A stretch of DNA of 64,000 nucleotides, taken from NCBI GenBank assembly GCA_002778465.1, contig PFBV01000003.1, positions 303,766 through 367,765 on the forward strand. The letters are read 5' to 3'. Position numbers and translations under genes: made by a program. Under the pieces are notes generated by a model. The model was not told where the DNA came from. It saw nothing but the letters and a program-made list of their open reading frames with translations, and made no database searches. This document shows, piece by piece, positions 8,403 through 18,867 of the stretch. Origin of the DNA: Candidatus Magasanikbacteria bacterium CG10_big_fil_rev_8_21_14_0_10_36_32 (GTDB lineage Bacteria > Patescibacteriota > Patescibacteriia > Magasanikbacterales > GWA2-37-8). Position 1 is the stretch's first letter, and the number at the start of each line of letters is the position of its first letter.

Positions 8403-11288
8403 ATGACTAAAGCATTTCGTACAATTGTATTTTTTTTAGCGGCAGCGGCATTGTTGGCAACAGTCAGCATTGTTCAGGCGGCTACTTTTTCTTTAGAACC
8501 GGCTTCTGGAACTTTAATTAAAGGATGTCCGGCTTCTATTAATGTTAAATTAAATACTGGTAGCCAGTCGTCAAACGGCGCTCAAATTTATGTTGATTAT
8601 ACTGGTGTGAGCAGTGCCAACATGTCAGGCACGGGTTTATTTACGAGTTACGGTTTACCGCCGGGCTTGCCGGCCGGCACAGCTGGTTTGTATGGTTATG
8701 GAGGAGTGGTTTCTGGGGCATCTTTAAATTTTGGTCGCATTAATTTTACTGCTGGCGCACTGGGCACAGTTGGTTTAACTATTCGTTTTGGAGGCACAGA
8801 CAGTCTTGTTAGTAAAGTCGCAGCTTATCCTACCAGTGAAAATATACTTACCAGTGTTGTTTCTGGTTCATATACCATAGTCAATGGTTATTGTGAAACG
8901 GCTCCGCCGTATTTGGTTAATTTGATTCCGGCACCAGGAACGCCGAATCATCCGATTGATGAAAATATAAAGTTTGACATTAAAGATGATGGTTCCGGAG
9001 TGAATATATCTTCGTTGGTGGTTACGGTACAACAAAACGAAACAGATGTTCCTTTTAATATATCCACTGTTTTAAAAAGCACAACACAAGGTTGGTATTC
9101 AGTTGATATTGATCCGATTAATAACTTAATCCCAGAATTAAAAGTGGTTGTGACAGTAAATGTCTCAGATAATGCCGGCAATGCTTTATCCCGTTCCTAT
9201 TATTTTAATGATCTAACTTGCTCACAATTGGGTTGCGCGGTTGGGGGAGCGGTAGCTCAGTGTAATGATGGTATTGATAATGAGGGAGATGGAAGTGTTG
9301 ATTTTCCTAGCGATTCTGGTTGTGATAGTGTTGATGATAATAGTGAATATGTGTTGGGTGACATAGTTTGTACACAAGTTATTTCAACATCCACTTCGCC
9401 GGTTTGTCCATCACCGATTTGTGTTTCCGGCATATCGTCACAATGTAATGATGGTGTAGACAATGACAATGATAATTTGATTGACATGGCCGATCCAGGT
9501 TGTGATAGCGGAGATGATAACAATGAGTATGTTTTCGGTGAAGTTAAATGTCCAATTTGCCCATCTATAATTACCACTCCAACCATTACTCCTCCATTTA
9601 TTTCACCAACCACCACCCAACAGATTTTTGATGTGGGTGATTTAAAATTTTTCTTGGCTAGCCGAACAGTAGAAACAAAAGCCAGTAATTTAAGTGTGGT
9701 TGAAGATTTAGTGGGGATGAGTTTTGCGGTAGGAGCTAACATTAAAGATGTACAAGGTCCAATTACCGGAGTTTATTTAGTTTTGGGCGGAAAAACTTAT
9801 TCAATGTATTTTGATAATGGTTTAAAAATGTATGTCGCGGATGTGTTAGATTTAAACGAGGTGGAAATTTTAAACGGTATTGTTAGTGTTAAACATGGAA
9901 CCAATCAAGAAGATACCGCACAGTTTGTTTTATCTGTTTTAACATCAGGCATTGTTAGCAGTAAAGATCAAGATGGAAAAATCAATCCTTTGCCCGGTGC
10001 AACAGTTGTTTTAGAACAATTATCTTCTGCTAATAAATATATACAAATTAAAACAGCCATAACTAATAATCGCGGAGAATATGGATTTGTTTTGCCAAAT
10101 GGCAGTTATCGATTAAAAATTGATTCTGAAGGATATAAAAATCAAATTACCAGTGGTTTTACAATTACCAACCACATTATTAATCGGTTTTTCGTAATGT
10201 TCCCAAAGGTAGATTTGCTTTCGCCAGATGTTTCTTTGGGTGAGAAAATTACTTATATAGGAGATGTTGCGGGGGAGCAAACGAATAAAATTATTGAGAG
10301 TGTTAATGATCCAATAGTTGAACAAACAGCCAAAACAACCGTTGCCCCAATAGCTTTGGGCGCGGCCGTGGCAGCCACTGTTCCGGCTTTGTCATTTTTA
10401 AATTTAATTTCTTATTTAAGATTTTTATTTTTACAGCCAGTTTTCTTGTTTGGGCGCAAAAAAAGAAAGAAATGGGGAATTGTTTATAATGCGCTTACCA
10501 AAATGCCGATTGATTTGGCGTTGATTAGACTGTTAGATGTTAAGACAAACAAAGTAATTCAATCTCGTGTTACCGACACAGAAGGTCGTTATGCATTTTT
10601 TGTTGATCCCGGTTTGTACCGTCTTGAAGTGGTTAAACAAAGTTTGATGTTCCCGACTAAAATTTTACAGGATTTTAAAGAAGATACGACATTTTTGGAT
10701 ATTTATCATGGTGAGGCGATTCATGTGGATGAAAAATACACTGCCATTGCCGCTAACATCCCCATGGATCCGGTAGGTGTGGAAGAAAAAACACCACGTC
10801 GCATTATTTGGAGTCAGCGTTTGAGAGATTTACAAAGTTTTATTGCTTCATTGAGTATTGTTGCTGGTTTGGTTGCTTTAATAATTTCACCAACTTGGTG
10901 GACAATTGGATTATTTGTTTTCCAAATCGCAATTTATTATTTATTCAAACGTTTATCATCTGCTAAAAAACCAAAGAGTTGGGGTATTGTTTATGAAAAA
11001 ACGAATAATCAACCAGTCGACCGAGCGATGGCAAGATTATTTAGTAAGCAATTTAATAAATTAGTTGCTTCTGAATTGACTGATAATAACGGTCGTTATG
11101 CTTTCATGGTTGGACCAAATGATTATTATATAACTTTTGAAAAAACAGGTTACCAGAAAAAAACTACACCTGATATTAAAATTAAAGAACGGAATGAAAT
11201 TATTAAAGTCAATGTTGCTATGGATCGAGATGAATCATCAAAACCAATTTCAACCACTTCTAATCCTGTTCCGCCGGTTAAAAATTAA
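8403..11288 (+). CDS. Large (961 aa) surface protein. Modules: N-terminal cohesin-like beta domain, two Cys-rich CNDG(I/V)DN-type repeats, three CarboxypepD_reg-like domains, and internal TM segments
   Basis: Signal peptide FFLAAAALLATVSIVQA. Repeats QCNDGIDNEGDGSVDFPSDSGCDSVDDNSEY and QCNDGVDNDNDNLIDMADPGCDSGDDNNEY. Repeated KKWGIVYNALTKMPID...TDTEGRYAF and KSWGIVYEKTNNQPVD...TDNNGRYAF modules. Confidence 0.55.
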   Translation: MTKAFRTIVFFLAAAALLATVSIVQAATFSLEPASGTLIKGCPASINVKLNTGSQSSNGAQIYVDYTGVSSANMSGTGLFTSYGLPPGLPAGTAGLYGYGGVVSGASLNFGRINFTAGALGTVGLTIRFGGTDSLVSKVAAYPTSENILTSVVSGSYTIVNGYCETAPPYLVNLIPAPGTPNHPIDENIKFDIKDDGSGVNISSLVVTVQQNETDVPFNISTVLKSTTQGWYSVDIDPINNLIPELKVVVTVNVSDNAGNALSRSYYFNDLTCSQLGCAVGGAVAQCNDGIDNEGDGSVDFPSDSGCDSVDDNSEYVLGDIVCTQVISTSTSPVCPSPICVSGISSQCNDGVDNDNDNLIDMADPGCDSGDDNNEYVFGEVKCPICPSIITTPTITPPFISPTTTQQIFDVGDLKFFLASRTVETKASNLSVVEDLVGMSFAVGANIKDVQGPITGVYLVLGGKTYSMYFDNGLKMYVADVLDLNEVEILNGIVSVKHGTNQEDTAQFVLSVLTSGIVSSKDQDGKINPLPGATVVLEQLSSANKYIQIKTAITNNRGEYGFVLPNGSYRLKIDSEGYKNQITSGFTITNHIINRFFVMFPKVDLLSPDVSLGEKITYIGDVAGEQTNKIIESVNDPIVEQTAKTTVAPIALGAAVAATVPALSFLNLISYLRFLFLQPVFLFGRKKRKKWGIVYNALTKMPIDLALIRLLDVKTNKVIQSRVTDTEGRYAFFVDPGLYRLEVVKQSLMFPTKILQDFKEDTTFLDIYHGEAIHVDEKYTAIAANIPMDPVGVEEKTPRRIIWSQRLRDLQSFIASLSIVAGLVALIISPTWWTIGLFVFQIAIYYLFKRLSSAKKPKSWGIVYEKTNNQPVDRAMARLFSKQFNKLVASELTDNNGRYAFMVGPNDYYITFEKTGYQKKTTPDIKIKERNEIIKVNVAMDRDESSKPISTTSNPVPPVKN

Positions 11289-11344
11289 ATTTTCTTAGTT
11301 TAAATTTTAAATTGGTTATCTGATTAAAAGATTAAAATTAATTT

Positions 11345-12088
11345 ATGGACATATTGCGGCATCAGCAAGAAATTATTCGCAATCAGGGTTTGTTGGCAAA
11401 AAAACCTATTTTACAGAAAATCTATCGTGATTTTTATGTAGAAATTGCCAAACATGTATCTAATCTGCCGGATAAAAAAATAGTTGAATTAGGTTCTGGA
11501 ATTGGCAATATTAAAGAAATTATTCCAAATTGTCTTCGGACGGATTTGTTTCCTAATCCATGGCTTGATCAAACCGAAAATGCTTATCGGCTTAGTTTTG
11601 ACGATGAAACTGTAAGCGACCTTATTTTATTTGATGTATTTCATCACTTGCGTTATCCGGGCACGGCCTTGAAAGAATTTGAGCGGGTTTTGCGTCCTAA
11701 CGGACGGGTAATTATTTTTGATCCATATATTAGTTTGTTGGGTAGAATTGTTTATGGTTTTTTTCATTCGGAACCGATTGCCTGGAGAAATAAAATCGTT
11801 TGGAATGCATCAGAAAATTGGAATGCCGAACAGATTGATTATTATGCCGCTCAAGGTAATGTTACACGTATTTTTTTTGGAAATAAATTTCAAACATTAT
11901 TACAAAATTGGAGTGTAATTTCTCGGTCGCGTTTGTCAGCCTTTTCTTATGTTGCCAGTGGGGGCTATTCGGGACCTCAAATATATCCGAATTGTTTATA
12001 TCCGTTAGCGCATTCATTTGATAAAGTTTTTGATTTTTTACCGGCTGTATTTGCTACTCGAGCATTAGTTGTTTTGAAGAAAAAATAG
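11345..12088 (+). CDS. Class I SAM-dependent methyltransferase
   Basis: Motif I VELGSGIGN and an acidic motif after a beta strand (LILFDVFHHL). Confidence 0.55.
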   Translation: MDILRHQQEIIRNQGLLAKKPILQKIYRDFYVEIAKHVSNLPDKKIVELGSGIGNIKEIIPNCLRTDLFPNPWLDQTENAYRLSFDDETVSDLILFDVFHHLRYPGTALKEFERVLRPNGRVIIFDPYISLLGRIVYGFFHSEPIAWRNKIVWNASENWNAEQIDYYAAQGNVTRIFFGNKFQTLLQNWSVISRSRLSAFSYVASGGYSGPQIYPNCLYPLAHSFDKVFDFLPAVFATRALVVLKKK

Positions 12089-12160
12089 AAATATTTTTTA
12101 AATTTTAAAAAAGACGCTTGACAATAATTTTTTTTTCAGGCATAATAATTTTTGTTTTAA

Positions 12161-12237
12161 GGGCCTTTAGCTCAGCTGGCTAGAGCGCTTCCATGGCATG
12201 GAAGAGGTCAAGGGTTCAAATCCCTTAAGGTCCACCA
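12161..12237 (+). tRNA. tRNA-Ala (anticodon GGC), CCA encoded
   Basis: GGGCCTT...AAGGTCC acceptor with G3:U70, anticodon loop ATGGCAT, T-arm AGGGTTCAAATCCCT, 3' ACCA. Upstream TTGACA-17-CATAAT promoter. Confidence 0.85.
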
Positions 12238-12345
12238 AAGAATTCTTTAAACAGGAATTCTTTTATTATATATTAGTTCTTGACATTTTTTATAAAAATT
12301 GTTAAGTTTTAAACAGTTCTTTAAACAAAAAAATCAAGGAGATAA

Positions 12346-13066
12346 CATGCCTAAAAAATACTTGGGTTGCGTAGTTTTTGATGGTGACAATACACTTTGG
12401 TATAATAGTCATAAATACAACGAACCAGCGCTCAAATGTGCGGAAATCATTTGTAAAGAATTCAAGGAAGAATCTCCATATTATTTGGATATTCTTAAAA
12501 GGTTTGATGAAATTGATCAGGCCGGTGTCAAACAGTTTGGTTTCGGAAAGGAAAGGTTTCCTTCTAGCTGGGTACAAACCTACCAAGAATTTTGCCAGAA
12601 GGTTGGTAAAATTCCTTTGCGACGGACAGAAAAGCTTCTGTATATAGAAGCAAGTAAATTTTGGCAACCGCCATTTCCGATGAAGAAGAAGGCGCGAATG
12701 GTTTTGCGGAAACTTAAGGCCCTCGGTTTTTATTTGGTACTGCTCACTGGCGGAGACCCAGAAGTTCAGCAAATGAAGATACAAGCCAACGATATTAAGA
12801 AATATTTTAATGAAATAAAAATCGTTGGTACTGATAAGACCAAAGAGTTGGAAAGTCTGGCTTCCCAGTTCGGTTATAACAATGTTTGGATGGTGGGTGA
12901 TTCTAAGAAGTCAGACATATCAAAAGCCATTAAAGCCAAAGTTAAAGCATTTTATATTCCTAGTGTCAACTGGGATTATGAAAATTGGGTTTGTAACGAC
13001 CCCGAGACTTATTGCAGATTTGTTATTGAATTGAAGGACATCAAGGAAATTTTAGCTTATTTTTAG
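12346..13066 (+). CDS. HAD-superfamily hydrolase (start refined to the ATG after AAGGAG)
   Basis: MPKKYLGCVVFDGDNTLW contains the HAD motif I DxDxT. The SD AAGGAG lies 7 nt upstream of the ATG at 12346. Confidence 0.65.
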
Positions 13067-13081
13067 CAAAAAAGTTCATTT

Positions 13082-13112
13082 GCCCCGGCTTTTAGCCGGG
13101 GTTTTTATTTTT
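13082..13112 (+). terminator. Rho-independent terminator
   Basis: GCCCCGGCTTTTAGCCGGGG followed by a T-run. Confidence 0.65.
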
Positions 13113-13217
13113 TTATCAGATTAGCCTTGAAAAAAAAAATTAGATAGGTTAATATTAGATAAATTAAAAAATAAATATTTGTATTCTTATTTTTGATTTT
13201 TGAATTTATTATTTTTT

Positions 13218-14294
13218 ATGTCATTATCAATTGGAATTGTCGGTTTACCAAATGTCGGCAAATCAACATTGTTTAATGCTTTAACCAGAAGCAAGCAAGC
13301 TAATGCGCAGAATTATCCTTTTTGTACTATTGATCCCAATGTTGGTGTGGTTGAAGTCCCCGATGATCGGCTGATAAAGTTAGCCGAGGTTTCAAAGTCA
13401 CAAAAAATTATTCCAACCACAATAAAATTTGTTGATATTGCTGGTTTAGTAGCGGGAGCTTCGAAAGGAGAAGGTTTGGGAAATCAATTTTTGTCCCATA
13501 TTCGTGAAGTAGATGCTATTGTGCAGGTAGTTCGGGCTTTTAAAGATAGTAATGTTATTCACGTCAACAACCGTGTTGATCCAAAAGACGACGCAGCGGT
13601 TATAAATTTAGAATTGGTTTTAGCTGATTTACAAACTGTGACAAAAAGATTAGAAACTGTTAAAAAGAATGCCAAGGGATTGGCGGTCAAAGATTCAAAA
13701 AAAACCATTGAATTATTAGATAAGATTTATAATCAACTGGAATCAGGGCGTCTGGCTAGAAGTTTGGAATATACCCAGGAAGAATTAGTTAATTTGGAAG
13801 ATTTACATTTGTTGACAATGAAGCCAATGTTGTATGTGATTAATGTGGATGAAAAATCGGAAGAAGAAATGTTAGAGCAAGTTTCTCCAGATGCCAGTCA
13901 AATAGTTATTTGCGCCAAATTGGAAGAAGAATTGGCTGAATTATCATCAGAAGAAGCTGTTGCTTATTTAAAAGAATTAGGAATTAAAGAATCAGGATTA
14001 GATAAATTAATTAAATCAGGTTACAAACTTTTAAATTTAATAACTTTTTTAACTAGTGGTGAACCAGAAACACGAGCTTGGACCGTTCGTTGTGGAGCAA
14101 AGGCGCCGGAAGCGGCTGGAGTAATTCATACGGATTTTGTTAAGGGGTTTATCAAGGCTGACGTGGTTAATTGTGAGGATTTTATTACTTGTGGCGGTTG
14201 GAACAAAATAAAAGAAACCGGCAAGATGCGGATGGAAGGAAAAGATTATGTGGTAAGAGACGGGGATGTGGTTTATTTTCATGTTAGTACGTAA
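13218..14294 (+). CDS. ychF: Ribosome-binding ATPase YchF (Obg-like GTPase family)
   Basis: [24 protein letters not shown]1 motif, [11 protein letters not shown]3 motif and a C-terminal TGS domain. Confidence 0.85.
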   Translation: MSLSIGIVGLPNVGKSTLFNALTRSKQANAQNYPFCTIDPNVGVVEVPDDRLIKLAEVSKSQKIIPTTIKFVDIAGLVAGASKGEGLGNQFLSHIREVDAIVQVVRAFKDSNVIHVNNRVDPKDDAAVINLELVLADLQTVTKRLETVKKNAKGLAVKDSKKTIELLDKIYNQLESGRLARSLEYTQEELVNLEDLHLLTMKPMLYVINVDEKSEEEMLEQVSPDASQIVICAKLEEELAELSSEEAVAYLKELGIKESGLDKLIKSGYKLLNLITFLTSGEPETRAWTVRCGAKAPEAAGVIHTDFVKGFIKADVVNCEDFITCGGWNKIKETGKMRMEGKDYVVRDGDVVYFHVST

Positions 14295-14328
14295 AACAAT
14301 TGTATTTAATTTTTTTAAATTAATCATT

Positions 14329-14351
14329 AAAAGGCCACGTGGCCTTTTTTT
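14329..14351 (+). terminator. Rho-independent terminator
   Basis: AAAAGGCCACGTGGCCTTTTTTT perfect palindromic hairpin plus T-run. Confidence 0.7.
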
Positions 14352-14463
14352 GATTTTATACCCTTGATATTTTGTTTAAAATTTGCTATAGTTTATAGTG
14401 TTCTTTACAAAACAATAAAATTGTATCAATAAGAGAAACAGACCAAACGGACGGAGACATAAA

Positions 14464-15051
14464 ATGTCCCATAATCAAAAATTAAATAAAAATTCTGTCT
14501 GGGTTAAGGAATGGATTAAATTTTATAAAGAAATTTTTGGCTTGGCTATTAATGTTTCAAACATTTTTATTCCGCCCAAAATCAAAGGTTTCAACCGACC
14601 AATGATTATTGCTCGTGAGATTGGTGATTCTCCGTTGGAAATGACAATGGTTACTTGTCAAAGATTATTTTCTTACATCAGTTATATTGGTGATAATCCA
14701 GATGAACTAATTTCAGTTACTAATCGTAACCCGCGATATAAAGGTTCCTATGCCATTCGTGTTCGTGACGGAATAGAAGCTGATGAGGAGAACAAAAATC
14801 TTTCGGCTGATGATATTAGATCTCAAAGTATGATTACAATGACTTTGTTGGAACGCATTATTTTAGAGTTGTTTTATTTTTGGAAGACAGGACAACATCT
14901 AGATAATCAACATTGGACTCTTTGTTCCGGCCCACGCAACAAGGCAGGGCAAATTCCATGCTGTTATTGGTACAAAAATATATTTTGGATATTTTGGTAT
15001 AATTCTGCCAATGCAATTGGCGATTTTCGCGCTCGTTCCGTGATTGTTTAA
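14464..15051 (+). CDS. Conserved hypothetical protein, paralog 2 of 3
   Basis: FYKEIFGLAINVS...GDSPL...NRNPRYKGSYAIRVRDGIEADEENKNLSADDI...TMTLLERIILELFYFWKTGQHLD...TLCSGPRN. Own TTGATA-17-TATAGT promoter upstream. Confidence 0.6.
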   Translation: MSHNQKLNKNSVWVKEWIKFYKEIFGLAINVSNIFIPPKIKGFNRPMIIAREIGDSPLEMTMVTCQRLFSYISYIGDNPDELISVTNRNPRYKGSYAIRVRDGIEADEENKNLSADDIRSQSMITMTLLERIILELFYFWKTGQHLDNQHWTLCSGPRNKAGQIPCCYWYKNIFWIFWYNSANAIGDFRARSVIV

Positions 15052-15072
15052 TTTTCTAATTTGTTCTTTTTT

Positions 15073-15100
15073 CACCCGCCCCAAAGGGCGGGTGTTTTTA
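15073..15100 (+). terminator. Rho-independent terminator
   Basis: CACCCGCCCCAAAGGGCGGGTG followed by TTTTTA. Confidence 0.7.
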
Positions 15101-15110
15101 TTAAAACAAA

Positions 15111-15136
15111 AAAACTCGCAGGAAAGCGAGTTTTTA
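15111..15136 (-). terminator. Terminator hairpin for the minus-strand pil operon
   Basis: AAAAACTCGCaggaaaGCGAGTTTTT reads as a hairpin plus U-run on the minus strand. Confidence 0.55.
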
Positions 15137-15141
15137 TAATT

Positions 15142-16308
15142 TTAATTTTTTTTAAATTTCCAAATTTCTCGACCAAGATGTTGATTGTCGCGCCAATAAA
15201 GCAGAGAGAAATATTTTTCATTTTTAAACTTAATTAATGATTCGGTTGAAAAACCAATTTTTTCAATTTCTTTTTGACAATCAATTTTAATCCATTCATT
15301 TCTAAATTTAAATCGGGGAATGATAAAAATTATTGTTCCGTTTTGTTTTAATATTTTTTTAAAAATTTCAAAAGCTGATAAATATATTTTTTTCAGTTCA
15401 TCCGTTTGTTTTTCTAAAATTTGTTTTACCTCATTTCCTCGAAGAGGTTGTCCCAAGTACGGTTCGGTAACAATTGTGTCTACCGAGGCTGGCTTAATAT
15501 GCTTAGTCAAATCATTAACATCAGCCACAAAGATTTTTGTTTCATTATTTGGTTTTAACCAAGCGATATTTTTATGTGTATCAATTATGGCTTGATTTGA
15601 GATATCTGAGCCGATAATTTTTTTGTAATCCATTAACAACGCCTCAGTAACAATTGTTCCTGAACCGCAAAACGGATCTAGAAGTGTTTTGTTAGCAGAC
15701 ATATTTGATAAATTAATCAGCATCATTGCTAGTTTGGGAGGTAACATTCCACTGCGACTGTTACGACCTGGTCGTCCAAAATCTCGCCGTCCAAGCTCTT
15801 CAAACGGCTGAACCGTTAGGGTTTTAGCAATAGAATAAAGATTGTCGGTATTTTTAATTATCAAAAATTCAGCACCTTTTTCTATTAAATTATTTTTATC
15901 TACTGTTACTGATGATAAAACCGATTCATTTTTAAAGACAAAACGAACGGATCGTCCGACCGCAGTCATTTCTTTTTTTATTTCTTTCGCCCAATTTTTT
16001 ATTTTATTTAAGTCTATGTTGCCGTAAACACTTAGTCCGAAATGAATTTTGCCTGTTTTTTCTAATAATTCTGCGATCGCTGTTTCTAACATTTGTTTTT
16101 CGGTCAGTTTAGATTTTAATTCTTGTCCAATTTTGATTGTACCACCAATTTGTTTAATAATTTTTTTTGCTTCAAAATTTTCCCGTACCTTTAATATGGG
16201 AGTTTCCAATTGCCATTTACTTGTTTGTTCGGACAAAGACAAAACCGCCAAAACCTCGGCGGCTGAAAGAATGGGAAAATTTCCCAAAATAAACCAGTGT
16301 GTCATCAT
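15142..16308 (-). CDS. THUMP-domain class I SAM-dependent RNA (N6-adenine/guanine-N2 type) methyltransferase
   Basis: DPFCGSGT (motif I) followed by TEPYLG (motif IV, DPPY-like); the N-terminal ~160 aa is THUMP-like. Confidence 0.6.
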   Translation of the reverse strand: MMTHWFILGNFPILSAAEVLAVLSLSEQTSKWQLETPILKVRENFEAKKIIKQIGGTIKIGQELKSKLTEKQMLETAIAELLEKTGKIHFGLSVYGNIDLNKIKNWAKEIKKEMTAVGRSVRFVFKNESVLSSVTVDKNNLIEKGAEFLIIKNTDNLYSIAKTLTVQPFEELGRRDFGRPGRNSRSGMLPPKLAMMLINLSNMSANKTLLDPFCGSGTIVTEALLMDYKKIIGSDISNQAIIDTHKNIAWLKPNNETKIFVADVNDLTKHIKPASVDTIVTEPYLGQPLRGNEVKQILEKQTDELKKIYLSAFEIFKKILKQNGTIIFIIPRFKFRNEWIKIDCQKEIEKIGFSTESLIKFKNEKYFSLLYWRDNQHLGREIWKFKKN

Positions 16309-16667
16309 AGTTTTTCTCCTGTTTTAGACTGTATTTGTTCCCCGCCAAGGAAAGCGTTAAACAAGAAAGGGTTGCGCAACGGTTTTGGTAATTGAACAGC
16401 TTTTTGTTTGTAAGTAATAATCATCTCAGCTTTTTGAAAAGATTCAATGTCGACATTATCAATTACAATACCTGTTTTTGTCAACATTATTTCACTGGTG
16501 GTGTTTAAGATTTCACTGGTTTCATCAAATTTCTTTAAGGCATAAATATTAGCCCCAATCAGCATGGCTATCAAAATTATAATAATTATTATTTCCCAAA
16601 TAAAATATTCGCACCGTTTTTTTATCCAGGATCCAATATTAATTTTTAAAAAATTATTGAATTGCAT
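16305..16667 (-). CDS. Small membrane-anchored protein at the pil operon end (PilP-like position)
   Basis: Single N-terminal TM helix IIIIIILIAMLIGANIYAL; translationally coupled to the upstream gene by a 14-nt overlap. Confidence 0.35.
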   Translation of the reverse strand: MQFNNFLKINIGSWIKKRCEYFIWEIIIIIILIAMLIGANIYALKKFDETSEILNTTSEIMLTKTGIVIDNVDIESFQKAEMIITYKQKAVQLPKPLRNPFLFNAFLGGEQIQSKTGEKL

Positions 16668-17196
16668 ATAAATTAATATGTATCCTTAAATTAACAGGTG
16701 AAGACAATCCCATTTCTTTAGTTGGTTCTCCTGTTGGATAAAGTTCAAGATTTTCTACTGATAGAAAATAAGGGTGACGTTCCACGGCCAGAAGATATTT
16801 TAGCGCATTTTCATATGTGCCGCTAATATCCAATGTCATTTGAAGCGAATCGCCGGAAGCGCTGTCTAGGTTTGAATTAATGATGTTTTGTGAGACATTA
16901 TTTTTTAGGGCAATATTTTCTAAATCAGTAATTAATTGAAGTTCATTGCCTTTTTTAAATAAGAACGAATTATATTGTTCTACTTTTTTTTGTGTATCGC
17001 GAATTTTTGCTAGGGCCGAGCGCAAATCCTCATTTCGGCAACTTTTGTTTTCTAAAGATAATAAAAATTCATTAATTTGTTTTTCCGTGTTTTTTATTTT
17101 TAAATTTAGTAAAACTATGCCAATTATTAGTAAGACAACCACTGTCACAAGTGACAAAAGAGTGATTAATATTTTTTTTCTGATATTTGTTTTCAT
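16654..17196 (-). CDS. pilO: Type IV pilus assembly protein PilO-like
   Basis: Bitopic protein with N-terminal TM, a coiled-coil and a C-terminal domain, immediately downstream of a PilN-like gene. Confidence 0.5.
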   Translation of the reverse strand: MKTNIRKKILITLLSLVTVVVLLIIGIVLLNLKIKNTEKQINEFLLSLENKSCRNEDLRSALAKIRDTQKKVEQYNSFLFKKGNELQLITDLENIALKNNVSQNIINSNLDSASGDSLQMTLDISGTYENALKYLLAVERHPYFLSVENLELYPTGEPTKEMGLSSPVNLRIHINLYAIQ

Positions 17197-17198
17197 AT

Positions 17199-17753
17199 TT
17201 ACTGGCAGTTTTCTTCAATTTTTGGCAATGTAATTTTTAATTTGATTTGAAAAGGCACATCCTTTTTTTGTAATAATTGAGATTTGGGTAAGTCAATATT
17301 TTCTACCCAAGTAGTTTTTTTAAGAATTTGTTCATAGTTTAACAGCGCTTCTCTGGTTAGGGCGGTGCCAGGTAATGCTAATTCAGTGCTGGTTAAATTT
17401 AAAGTTATATATTTAAGTTGAATGTCCGGCGGGGTGGTATTGATAATTTCTAAAAGCCGCGGGGTTAGTAAACTGAATTGTCCACCGGCCAAGTTAATGT
17501 TTTTGATTTTTGTATTGATTTCTAAAACGCGATGATTATAAGTTCCGTGTCCACTGCCAATTAATGAGGAATTACCGACTAAATTATTTAGTTGTTCAGA
17601 CAATAGGAGATTAATTAGCGGTAAGAACAATAACAGCAAAATAAGAATTAAGGCGGCATAAATCAAAAGAGTTTTTAAAACACCTAATCGCGCAAAAAGG
17701 CATATTTCTTTTTTTCTGGATTCCGAAAGTAAATTGAGATTTAATATCATCAT
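17199..17753 (-). CDS. pilN: Type IV pilus assembly protein PilN-like
   Basis: N-terminal ILNLNLL (INLLP-like) motif followed by a TM helix, directly after pilM. Confidence 0.55.
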   Translation of the reverse strand: MMILNLNLLSESRKKEICLFARLGVLKTLLIYAALILILLLLFLPLINLLLSEQLNNLVGNSSLIGSGHGTYNHRVLEINTKIKNINLAGGQFSLLTPRLLEIINTTPPDIQLKYITLNLTSTELALPGTALTREALLNYEQILKKTTWVENIDLPKSQLLQKKDVPFQIKLKITLPKIEENCQ

Positions 17754-17759
17754 AATTTT

Positions 17760-18863
17760 TTATCCCTTTTTAAACCAACCGGCTTCGGTGGCGCGTAAGG
17801 CCAATCCGATGGCCGCGGCAAAGGGCAGTCCTTTAACTCGGTCATCTTCATTAAATTTTTTATTAAATAAATTTTTCCAAGCATTGCCGGGCGCCGTCTC
17901 AACCCGTAATTTTTTGCTTAGCAGTTTGTCTAAATTTTTCATAGCGGATAACCCGCCTGACATAGTAATGTGAGTTACCGGGTTAGGATTGTTAAAATGA
18001 TTTTTATAAAAAATTAAAATATTTTTTATTTCTTCAATTAAATTATCAATCGCGTCGTTTACGACTTTTAAATAAAGAGGGTGATTTAAATCATAAGTTA
18101 ATCCATTTTTATCTTTTAGTTTTGTGGCGGTTTCACGATCAATTTTAAGCCGTTGAGTAAGGGTTGTGTCTATTAAGTCACCGCAAACATTAATTAAAGA
18201 GCTGAATTGTATACTACCCTTATCATAAATTATAATGCTGGAACGGGAAGACCCGATGTCTAAAATTGCTCGAGCTTCATTTTGATAAGTTTTTTTTGCG
18301 GTAATCATAGAGCGGGCAATTGATAGATCTTCAATTTCTAGAGCTAAAGGATAAAGTCCAGCGTCTTCAATTACAGACAGATAAGAATCGGCAATATTTT
18401 TTGGTGCGGCACCGATTAATACTTTTGTAAAACCGTTTGGTTTTTCGTTATCAGTAATTATTTGCCAATCAATAGCCACATCTTTTGTGTCAAAAGGCAA
18501 ATGTTTGGCTGCTTCAAAATATACGGCTTCAGTGGTGATTAATTCTGGTTGAGATTTAATGCGAATTAATTTAAGAAAAGTTTTGGAAACAGGTAAATTT
18601 ACCACTACCCAAGGAGATTTGATTGGTTTTTTTCCACCCTCCTTAGAAATTAGCAGTTTAATTTTTTGACTGACTAGCTCTTTTTGTTGAATTTCTCCAT
18701 TAGCAATACAACCGGTCGGCAATGAAGTTTTTCTTATATCAACCACATCAAAATAATCACCATTTTTTGGGTGCCATTTTTTTTGAAGGCGCACCAGTTT
18801 AATTACTGAATCGCACAAATGCAGACCAAAAGCGCCAGAGAATGGATTTTGTAAAAAAGGCAT
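17760..18863 (-). CDS. pilM: Type IV pilus assembly ATPase-fold protein PilM
   Basis: 367 aa with an actin/FtsA-like fold; the PilM position between pilC and pilN. Confidence 0.75.
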   Translation of the reverse strand: MPFLQNPFSGAFGLHLCDSVIKLVRLQKKWHPKNGDYFDVVDIRKTSLPTGCIANGEIQQKELVSQKIKLLISKEGGKKPIKSPWVVVNLPVSKTFLKLIRIKSQPELITTEAVYFEAAKHLPFDTKDVAIDWQIITDNEKPNGFTKVLIGAAPKNIADSYLSVIEDAGLYPLALEIEDLSIARSMITAKKTYQNEARAILDIGSSRSSIIIYDKGSIQFSSLINVCGDLIDTTLTQRLKIDRETATKLKDKNGLTYDLNHPLYLKVVNDAIDNLIEEIKNILIFYKNHFNNPNPVTHITMSGGLSAMKNLDKLLSKKLRVETAPGNAWKNLFNKKFNEDDRVKGLPFAAAIGLALRATEAGWFKKG

Positions 18864-18867
18864 AAAA

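Noticed and set aside
9257-9742. 161-aa minus-strand ORF inside the 961-aa surface protein gene, and similar embedded ORFs (8948-9181, 10113-10325, 12302-12784, 4066-4356, 4977-5216, 15320-15595, 40515-40739, 43911-44240)
   Set aside because: Fully contained in, or antisense to, longer ORFs with clear homology or signal peptides. No independent signals.
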